The translations under genes and the position numbers were made by a program. From the NCBI RefSeq assembly GCF_006345805.1, contig NC_043009.1, forward strand, positions 44,330,001-44,394,000: 64,000 bases of DNA. Direction: 5' to 3'. Numbering within the stretch: the first letter of the stretch is position 1; each line of letters opens with the position of its first letter. The notes beneath the pieces are model-generated. The model saw only the letters and a list, made by a program, of their open reading frames with translations, was not told where the DNA came from and ran no database searches. This stretch comes from Octopus sinensis. Lineage: Eukaryota. Of the stretch, positions 13,393 through 23,269 are shown piece by piece.

Positions 13393-13464
13393 CCATGTCC
13401 CCCTACATGGCCTTGCTATTTGCTTTTGAGCCAAATTAACTAACTAACTAACTAACTAACTAAC
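13393..13464 (+). repeat. LINE 3' end: CCATGT/ACATGG stem-loop and (TAAC)7 tail
   Basis: Stem 13393-13398 pairs with 13405-13410; TAAC x7 at 13437-13464. Confidence 0.85.
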
Positions 13465-13980
13465 TTCAAGCTAAGATTGTCTCACAAATTGTTGTCATTC
13501 TCTGAATAGTCAGTCAATTAAAGATAAGAATTAATAATACCTCTCTATTTTGCAGGGTTTTTTTTTTCTTTTTCGTTTTGCTGGAAAATAATGCAGAAAT
13601 AATAATAATAATAACAAAATCTGTTTATTTCTTAGTATATATAATTAGCAATATATGGTAAATAAATTAAACTTCACTTCAGTAGATTAACTTGGATGAA
13701 CAATGTGTGTGTGTAGATGTATGTATATATGTAATATATATGTGTGTGTGTAATATGTATGTATGTATATATGTAAGATATATATATCTATGTCATCATC
13801 ATTTAGCGTCCGTTCTCCATGCTAGCATGGGTTGGACGGTTCAACTGGGGTCTGTGAAGCTGGAAGGTTTCATCAGGCCCAGTCAGATCTGGCAGTGTTT
13901 CTACGGCTGGATGCCCTTCCTAACGCCAACCACTCCGTGAGTGTAGTGGGTGCTTTTTACGTGCCACCCGCACGTGTATG

Positions 13981-14015
<35 letters not shown>

Positions 14016-14019
14016 AAGA

Positions 14020-14873
14020 CAGGGTGCAGTGAATAAGCTGTTGTCTAAATTACACAATGAAAATAACACTGACATCTCATTTTAACATATATTTACCAAA
14101 TTTACATTAAAATATCTTGAAATACTAAAGAGTAAATTTATTCAATAAAATTGCCATTTGCTTCAACCATGGCCTTCAAGACGACTTCAGAATCTCCTGC
14201 AGCTCTTCTGGATAGTCTCCTTGTTTAAGTTGGTAAGGGCTGACATAATCCTCGCCTTCAGTTCATCTTTGATATTACAAGGACTTTTGTTGGTCTCTCA
14301 CTCAGCTGTGCCCCATACATAATAATCAAGGTGGTTGCAGCTTGGGGAGTTAGGTAGCCAGATGTTAGGGGTGATGTGGTTGCAGAAATTGTCTGACAGC
14401 CATGGCTGGGTTCTCTTGCTTGTGTGGACTGGTGCAGAGTCATGTTGCCAGACCCACAGTCTTCCAGCAGCTACCCTCTTGACCCAGGGCAAGCACTTGA
14501 TGTATACCTCCATGTTGATTCTGAGGTCGCGTAGGAAGATGAATGGAGGCATAGTGTCACCATCACTAGTGATCATTCCAAACACCATGATGTTAACTGG
14601 ATGTTGGATTTTTACCACTCTCAGTACATTTTCTCAGATTGACCCCCAAACACTCTGAAATGTTTATATTGGAGCTTTCGGCCTGAATGCCAAGCAGCGC
14701 AGCATGCCATTTCCAAATTTCTAGCAAAGTGATTTGTGTCATGGTGTTGTTTTTCTCACAGACAGTACCAAACTGACCCTACTATACTGTGTAGTCAACA
14801 AAATCAAAAACAAACAATCAGCGTGTGCAAAATTAAAGATATAAAACAGCAACAACTTACCCATCGCACCCTA
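14020..14873 (-). mobile_element. Internally deleted Tc1/mariner, maT (DD37D) family
   Basis: Degenerate TIRs cagggtgcagtgaataagctgttg / caacaacttacccatcgcacccta in a TA context; IMVFG..WVWQHDSAP..WLPNSPSCNHLDYYVWG with 37 residues between the second and third D. Confidence 0.85.
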
Positions 14874-16475
14874 TATATATATATGTGTGTATATATAAAC
14901 TTTGCTCCAGTTTAGATAATAATATTGAGGTATAGTTTAGCTACATCTACTTTTCAGTTGCTGGGTTTTGTGACAACAAGCGCAATTTCAAACAGACTTT
15001 TATAATTTTCAAAATGAATTATTGAGATTTTCTTTTCTATTTGACTGACTTACATAATCCCTAATATTTTATTACACTGATATCTCTGTTTACAGGCATT
15101 CTACTTTATTACCTTCAAAAATTAAAAGTAATAATTATTTACTCTTAGCACCAATATTCTCTCAAGGTGTCTTTAAGAAAAAGTATGTCCAACAATTATT
15201 GGTGTACTGCATCTACACATTTACCATCTGTTTTTCCATGGGCTGAACGGTTCTCATCGCTCAATGCATCCTGTATCAGCTGACAGACACAATAGCAGAC
15301 AAAACCAGTCAATTTGGGGTGTATCTTACTATATGGAATCAATGTATCTTATTGTACTACCTGTACTAGAGAGGTTATCTCATTTGAGAGGACTAAAAAT
15401 ACTCTCGCTAACCTGTAGCTGTTGTCATTTTAAATTACTGTCTTTCTTGATGCATAGCCTGTACTCAGGGCTGTGGAGTTTGTGTTGCTCGTGTTCCGTT
15501 TCTGGTTTAGTTTCTGTTGCTAGATACTCTTCTTGTAGGCAACTACTCTTCAGAGTGTATTGTTTGATGATGGAAAGAAAGAAACTAAGTTTGACAAGTG
15601 AGGACCATTATTCCAACAAAGATAGCTTACATTCAATGAGGCAACAGAGAGACCAGCTGTAGAGATTAGACAAGTAAGGTAATTAAAAGGTGTAACAGGA
15701 AGGTAGATTTTGGTATCGGAGCATAAAAGTGAACAAAATTTCACTGAGCAGTTTGTACAAATTTTGGCACAAGGCCAGCAATTCTGGGGGAGGGTAAGTC
15801 GATTACATTGACCTCAGCGTTCAACTGGTACTTATTTTATTGACCCTCTAAGAGGGTAAAAGGCAAAGTCAGGTGTTATTGGGAAAATACAGGTATTAGG
15901 GTGTGTAAGCAATAACTCTAGTTTGTGATTTAGTTTGACTAACAGAAAGAGAAAGGCGACACAGCAGTGTTGTAAATCCTCTATAACTTTAGTATTGAAG
16001 GAAATTTCACTTGGGCCAAACAGTGAGGATGATAATAAGGATCATAGCTAAATCTGTTAATGCTATCAGAATGCAGTTTATGATTTACATATACAGGCTG
16101 CCAAAATCTTATAAAATATGTTATGAATGTAGAAATAATCTGATATCAATATGCCAGGAAATTTGTGGTTGCTGTTGTGAAAATTGATATTGAGTAATAA
16201 GTGTGATCAATAGAGTTATTGTATTGATTATATATTGAGTTTAGTGAAACAATAGAGTCATTGATTACAGTTTTCTCATGAACCAAACACTGTTTCACTA
16301 CATTTCTCACAGTAAGAGGGACAAGGGTTCATCAGTGTAATTTGGTGCAAGGGAACCCCCCCTACACACACACACACACCAGGTGTTTTTATATGAAAGT
16401 CAGTTTTGTTATTTCTTGACAGTGTTTACATCTGTTATTGATTTATATTTATGATATACACATGTATGTGGGAAA

Positions 16476-16506
<31 letters not shown>

Positions 16507-16508
16507 TA

Positions 16509-16729
16509 CCGGAATAAACACATAAATGTGAAACAAGGTGGGAAAAAAGAGTACTCAAATACCAGTGGTAGAGTAATATGCTTTATTTTAAGCAGCAGAA
16601 AATTCAACAAAATCTGTTACTCTGAGTTTCTCGTTGCCGTTCATCATTCTAGCAAAAACTGTCTGATGAACGGCAACGAGAAACTCAGAGTAACAGATTT
16701 TGTTGAATTTTCTGCTGCTTAAAATAAAG
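16509..16729. mobile_element. Ribozyme-bearing foldback element with a perfect 66-bp inverted repeat, inserted in (TA)n
   Basis: Arms 16581-16646 and 16664-16729 are exact reverse complements with a 17-nt loop; (TA)n on both sides. Confidence 0.75.
16653..16702 (+). ncRNA. Type I minimal hammerhead ribozyme (Penelope-like)
   Basis: caaaaactgt-CTGATGA-aCGgcaaCGa-GAAA-ctcAgag-TA-acagattttg: core boxes, GUA triplet, stem I 9/10 paired, GNRA-capped stem II, palindromic stem III. Confidence 0.75.
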
Positions 16730-17069
16730 TATATATATATATATAGATAGATAGATATATAATGTGAGGGCTCATGATCTAGTGATTGTGATTTCAGTTC
16801 CTTGACCAGGTGGTTTGTTGTGTTCTTGAGCAAAACACTTCATCTCATGTTGCTCTGTGATCACTTCAACACCTGGTGTGTGGTATACTGTGCACCTGTT
16901 CAGACAACATCGATTTGATGGAGAGAGCGAGGTAATGTGTGGCATGAACATTTGATCACTATATCCAAATCATTTTGTACAAGTTGTTTGGCAAAAGCTG
17001 AGTGCTCATATGTTGTCTTCAACAGGAGGGTTCATCGTGTGTATATATAGATCGATAGATAGTGTTGGT

Positions 17070-17262
17070 TGTTGCAAAAAGAGTACTCAGTACCATATGA
17101 GAGATTGATACGATTAATATATTTTATTTTGCTCTCGTTAGTTTCTTGCTACTCTGAGTTTCATCTGTGGGTGCACAGGTTCTTCAGGCAAGTTATGACC
17201 GAAGATCTTGTGCACCCACAAACAAAACTCAGAATAGCAAGAGACCAACTCGACCATAATAA
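17070..17262. mobile_element. Second ribozyme-bearing foldback element with an imperfect inverted repeat
   Basis: 17141-17185 versus about 17201-17245 inverted; shares the AAAAAGAGTACTCA leader and TTTATTTT with the first element. Confidence 0.65.
17145..17192 (-). ncRNA. Type I hammerhead ribozyme (Penelope-like), second family
   Basis: Minus strand: cttgc-CTGAAGA-acctgtgCACCcacagat-GAAA-ctcAgag-TA-gcaag; stem I 5/5, stem II 6/7, GUA triplet. Confidence 0.8.
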
Positions 17263-17279
17263 TAGTATAAATATATATA

Positions 17280-17319
<40 letters not shown>

Positions 17320-17569
17320 ATATATATGTGTGTGTGTGTGTACATGTGTTTGTAGACATGTAGTGATATATCATCATTTTTTTTACATCTGCTTTTTCCA
17401 CACTGGCATGGATTGCATGGTTCAGCAGGCACCATCTTGCTCCAAAGTCTGATTCACCTTCTTAATGCTAACCGTTTTACAGAGTTTTTTGGATGCTTAC
17501 TGACTTAGCATTTGGGAAAGGAAATAATTGAATGAGTCAAGAGTTAGTGAGAGAGATATACAAACATAT

Positions 17570-17965
17570 ATTTGATGGGCTTGAGGTTAAACATAGAGGG
17601 GACAAACAAGGACAGACAAAGGGATTAAGTCAATTACATTGACCCCAGTGCATAACTGGTACTTAATTTATCGAAAGGATGAAAGGCAAAGTCGGCCTCG
17701 GCGGAATTTGAACTCAGAACATAGCGGCAGACAAAATACCTATTTCTTTACTACCCACAAGGGGCTAAACACAGAGAGGACAAACAAGGACAGACAAACG
17801 GATTAAGTCGATTATATCGACCCCAGTGCGTAACTGGTACTTAATTTATCGACCCCGAAAGGATGAAAGGCAAAGTCGACCTCGGCTGAATTTGAACTCA
17901 GAACATAACGGCAGACGAAATACCTCTAAGCATTTTGCCTGGTGTACTGACGTTTCTGCCAGCTC
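17570..17965 (-). mobile_element. SINE family A long variant with a tandemly duplicated ~190-bp body
   Basis: Two units joined at ...aagaaataggtatt...; a single-unit version lies at 63393-63624. Confidence 0.85.
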
Positions 17966-19947
17966 TAAATACTTTCTGTCTGACAAATTCCACTTATATA
18001 GCATCGGTCATCATTGGGATATGGTAAATGCACTTTGTCTGAGGTGTCTTACTGTAAGATTGAACCCAAAACTACTTGGTTGCAATATGAACTTCTTTAC
18101 CTCTTAGCCATCCCTCCAACCCTATTGTACTGAAATCTCAGAAGGGCAGAAAACCAACACTCTGAGCAACATCCCATGTGACAAACTAAAGACCATGAGT
18201 GGTTCCAGTAGTTTATACAAGACAATAAACAAGTTCTGAGAAAAATTTGAGAACTACAGTCATCTGTTGGCCACAAACATGTTTTCTTTGTACATGGTGC
18301 AGGTTTGTTTAGGAAGTTCACTTCCCAATCACATGGTTTCAGGCTCAGTCCTATTGAGTGGCACCTCAGAGAAGTGACTCTACTCACATCACACCTTCAA
18401 AGGAATAAAAGATCCCTTACTTAGCTGTAAAAGCAATGCTTCAATAACATGTTCATCTAACCGATGTTAGCACGGGAAAATTAAAGAATGTAAAAATGAA
18501 GGAAAACTATGAGTAGTGATTGGAATAAAAAAAAGAAAAAAATGAATTGCATAAATTTGTGGAAAGTGAGTTGATAACAGGCTTCTCAAAGACATTGATA
18601 AATATATGGAAAAGGAATGTTTTCTGGAATAGATTATATGTCTTGCATGAGAAATAGCCTTTAGATGGTAACAGGCAGGGGTAGGTTTTTCAAGAATTTA
18701 GGATTTGAGTTTTACAAATCTGATAACACAATTAAGATACAGGGGAACCTAGTATTGATGTAGAATTTATACTGACATAAATAGAACTGACAGTAAGTTT
18801 GTTCCCAGACATTGATTTCATTCATACCACATGTGACATAACATCACACACCAATGGTTTCTTGCAAAGTTGCCCTTGACATTTTCAAATCTTTGAAACA
18901 CTTTCTGACATGAAAATCTTGCTGTTGTGGATCTGAAATGCTCTGATTCACATAAGTAATGGATTATGTCTCCCCACTTTATCATGAGTTGCCAGGATTC
19001 CCTCCTCCAGATTCCACTCTATCAATCCCGCTCATTTTCCCCCCCACAATCATTAAGCTACAAAAATTTAAACCAACCATTACTGTTTTCACACAACCTC
19101 TTGGTCTTCTTCAACTTTGAAACTCAATCAGTACTACTTCTGTTCTTCACAATAACTTCTTTTTTGTAAATGTATATTTTTCTTTGATCCATCTGAGATA
19201 CTGTTGAACCTAGGTCTTTTTGAGAAGACCTAGGTTCAAAACTATTGTTTTATGTCATTGTGTATTCAAAACTACATTTGTTCTTTGTCTTTTTTATCTT
19301 AAGATGACAATGTAAGTTGAATGATATAAGTTGATCCTGCTTTTCTACATTACTAATTGAATATTAACCAAGCCTTCTTTTATATTGCTAATTTAATATT
19401 AGTTAATCTTGCTTCTGTGGTAGTGTTGTCTTCTTTATAATTGAGCCACTGTTAGAGATCAGTATTGCTGAGTCTAATAACTATGTAGAGGCTCCCATAT
19501 TAGTTTGCTCAAATTCTGTTTTGAAGGATTGATATTTACTCTGCAAAAGTTATGCTTCTTAAACTTGACTTTCTTCTACTTTGTGACACCCTGCTTCATC
19601 ATCACTGCTATATAGAAACAGGATTGGTGATACATCACAAGAGATTGATCATCCCAAATACTAAAGATTAATAGGACTTTCAACCGTTTTAAATTCTATT
19701 CTTAATTAATCTGTGTTCTAACCATCCTCCATTAATGTATCTATTTATTGTTCTTTGATATAAACAAAACTTCAGATTGAAATTAGAGATTTCCATCTTC
19801 ATTCTAAGCCTTAATATTCTGTTGCATAGATTGTAGCTGTGTCCTGAATAATAACTTTGGAATGTAAGATTATGAAGAAAGACATCTCAGAATGGATGTT
19901 AATTATTTTGCCTTTTATACTTTAACCTGTGAAGCACCAGACAAGAT

Positions 19948-20481
19948 AATTTACTCTAATTTTTCTGTTTCTGCAGTCTTCTAGGTTTAAGAATTAAATA
20001 TGGTGCATTTTAGTTGACCATTTACTGGGAGCTTCCCTCTTCTTATGTTGCATTCTTAGCAGAAACTTTTGTGACTTAGGATTTATTTTTTTTGTCTTTT
20101 ATGTATGGAAAAAGGTAGGATTCAGAGGGATATGCCACTGGAATGTTTTCTCCTTTCTCCTAACAAATTTATTAATGTTTTGAAATCTAAAAGTTGTGCA
20201 TATCATATCCTTCACAAACCCTCTTTAATCTTCCCCATGCTGTGTTTCTTGCTGAAATTGCATCACCTATATGTCTGGAGAACTTGGTCTGATTTTGTTA
20301 GATAATTGTAACTTTTGCATTTACTGATGGGATAAATGGGATAATTGGAAAACAACTTAAGAAAATCATTTTCTTTTTGTACCTTATAAATTTACTCCAA
20401 TTTTTCTGTTGCTGCAGTCTTCTAGGTTTAAGAATTAAATATGGTGCATTTCAGTTGACCATTTACTGGGAGCTTCCCTCT
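19948..20481 (+). repeat. ~93-bp direct repeat (19948-20041 and 20389-20481)
   Basis: ctgcagtcttctaggtttaagaattaaatatggtgcattt..gggagcttccctct occurs twice with about 3 mismatches. Confidence 0.9.
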
Positions 20482-20580
20482 TTTTATTAAACTTACCTGA
20501 AGAAAAGTACCAAATAATAAATTCACACCCATATTAATATGTTCACAGTAATGTTGAAGAGATTCACTAATATAATTTAA

Positions 20581-20801
20581 CCCTTTTGTTACCATATTTC
20601 TGTTGAGATGCTCTGTGTTTCTTCAATTAATTTTAAATATAACAAAGACTTTAGTAAAATAACTTAGTTATCATTAAGTTAGTGCCAGGAACATAAATTG
20701 TGACTGAGGTTTGATGGAAGATTTTAATTCAGAACTTTTGAAAACAAGACATTTGTAGTACAAAGCCAGAGGTGATTTCAGGCAGATTGGTGTCAAAAGA
20801 G
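20581..20801 (+). mobile_element. TTAA-flanked MITE, family P1
   Basis: TTAA|cccttttg...caaaagag|TTAA; homologous to 25649-25867 and 37264-37476. Confidence 0.85.
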
Positions 20802-20899
20802 TTAAACTGGATTTGTCACTTACCTTACAGATAAACAAAATGAAATAATAGAAAAAGTAAATTTGAAAGTAGTTTACAAATTTAATTATATATACACAA

Positions 20900-21300
20900 A
20901 TTAATTATGGAACATTGTAAAAGATCCAAACTGTACATAATGCAATCTTGCAAAATGCACATTGAAAAGTTATTTCATCTGGATGCATGCACTGGAGTTT
21001 TCACATTCTCTTGTGATCATGGATTATCTTCTGATAGGCTGATTTGAGAAGCATATCCCACTGGCAAGCTTTTACCGTTCTCCCAACAAGTTATTTTGGA
21101 TGAATAGCCTGGCTGCAAACTGCATCGCAAGTGGCTACATTGCTTTTGAGCACCTTTGCAATTTAGAATAAAGTTTTTAAAATAGTTTTATCACATATCA
21201 AACCTGATATTGCCACCACTTATTACCAAGTGTTCTAAATATCTAATTTACCGTATCAAACTAATTGTAACTGTTGTTGCTAAGATTTACAAGCATCAAT
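20900..21300 (-). mobile_element. piggyBac-like transposase fossil (C-terminus)
   Basis: GG..RFD (compare MGGVD..D) and terminal ITFQCAFCKIALC (compare the T.F.C..C...LC cysteine-rich domain); many stops. Confidence 0.4.
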
Positions 21301-22201
21301 TTAATTTGAATGGAAAGAAAATTACTGTGCCTCTTTCTATATGTAGTTTTGTTGAATCAGATATTGTTATAGAGGATGAATTAAATGCACACGCTTTTTA
21401 TTTGATCTTCACTTCAGTTTTTATTCGTATTATTTTTAGTTTATACTTCTGTCAACTGCGACTTCATCAGTGACTCTCTGTCCCATGTGTCTCCTCTTGT
21501 CCTACTTATTCCATTTTGTCCTTCTGCGATACCGCGGAAGGATCTCGCTATCCCTTCATTAATGGACAGTGGAATCTTTATCAATGTATAACAACCTTCT
21601 TTCCCACTGTTTGTGTTTCATATATGCAAATACTGGCACTACTGCACTGTAAATATGATACTTGAAACATAGGGTTCACCTGTCCCCTTGTGGGTGGTAA
21701 TCCTGGTCAACTTCTCAACACCTATTATTATATTCAGTGCAAGACTGTAAATCAGGTTGTTTTTTTCTTGTGTTACAGTTTATCTCTACAGTTGTCAGGT
21801 GGAACATTCCAATAGGAATAGCTAAAAGGGAATAGTTGATCAGTCTTCAGTTGTTAGGAAGACTGAGGTTGGGTCTGGTTTCATCATTTAACACCCCTTT
21901 TTTCTGGTGGCATGAGTTGGATGGTTTGACAAGAACAGATGAGCTAGAGGGCTGCCAGGTAGGTTCTCTGCTCTGGCATGGTTTCTATAGCTGGATGCCC
22001 TTTTATCTTTTATTTGTTTCAGTCACTAGACTGCTGCTATTCTGAGGCACCACCTTGAAGAATTTTTAGTCTAGTGAATCAACCTCAGTACTTGTTTTTT
22101 GAAAAAGACTGGTACTTATTCTGCCAGTCTCTCTTTCGCTGAATCATTAAGTTACTGGGATGTAAACACACTAACACCAGCTGACAAGTGGTGGTGGGGG
22201 A

Positions 22202-22258
<57 letters not shown>

Positions 22259-23092
22259 GATGGGCTTCTTTCAGTTTGCATCTATGAAATCCACTCACAA
22301 GGCTTTGGTTGACCTGAGGTTTTAGTAGAAGACACTTGCCCAAGGTGCCTTGCAATGAGACTGAACCTGGAACTCCGAGGTTGAGAGGCAAACTTCTTAC
22401 CACCTAGTGATGCCTGCACCTGGGTAATTATTTTTTATAGTTTCCACTCTGTTATGCTTCTGAAATAAATTCCTCCATTCTTTCAATATTGCTGTCACCA
22501 GAATTGCTATCGTCATAGGAAACTGAAATGGCTGGCACTACATCCAACTCAGAGTTATGTTTATTGCATTTCTATTTATTGCTTCTGCTTTCCAGTTGCA
22601 GAATCACTACAGCTGAATGTGAATGGGTATTCATGTTTTTAACTGACAAATATTATAGAAGAAAAGGTGTTGATAATAATTGCAAGGAAAAAAATTCCAA
22701 AAAATTAAGAGCATAAAATTTATGTTATAAAAACATTAAATGATGTACAATGTTTATCTAGTGAAATCATAGGGGTGATATTTACATCGGCATTTACCAT
22801 GGGATTGGTAATCTGGTACCATAAAAAGAGGCAATCAATTGGGCAGGGTGGATATTGGTTGATTGTTAGTCATCTTGTATCCTCACAGTAATTTTACTGT
22901 CATTCTGGCAAAAAAACAATTGATTTTACTTTTTTCTTTTTAAAAATAATGACTCTGGTGTTTATGGGAAAATTATTCATGATAGACTAGCATCCTATAC
23001 AAGATATAATTTAACTCTCATCTGTTTAACATGACAGAAACCATTGATTAACATTGACCCTATTGAAACTTTGTGGTTTAGAAAACGATTAA

Positions 23093-23269
23093 TCCTTTAG
23101 CATTCGGATTATCCTGTAAAATGTTATGCTTATTTGTTTATATTATTTTGTATTAATCATGCATTATCTCGTAACTTCAAAACCTTGATGATGTGACTGT
23201 TTATTTTTAAAATGACATTATAGGGTTGGTGTGAAAGGCCTGATATAGCCAGTTTAATTGCTAAAGGGG
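23093..23269 (-). mobile_element. TTAA-flanked MITE, family P2
   Basis: TTAA|tcctttagca...tgctaaagggg|TTAA; inverted relative to 53157-53350. Confidence 0.8.

Larger units (their letters stand above)
9940..13464 (+). mobile_element. CR1-clade non-LTR retrotransposon (LINE), 5'-truncated within ORF1, ORF2 frameshifted
   Basis: ORF1 C-terminus, APE domain, RT domain, 3' UTR stem-loop and (TAAC)7 tail; abrupt rise in GC/CpG relative to the flanks. Confidence 0.95.

Noticed and set aside
12569-13396. Antisense ORFs 12875-13396 (173 aa), 12569-12832, 11412-11693
   Set aside because: Shadow frames on the opposite strand of the LINE RT; no recognisable motifs.
15539-15673. Exon-like segment with AG/GT ends and charged codons
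   Set aside because: Stop codons in all three frames.
21430-21475. Minus-strand CTGATGA-aGTCgcagttGACa-GAAG as a hammerhead
   Set aside because: GAAA box is wrong and no stem I partner exists.
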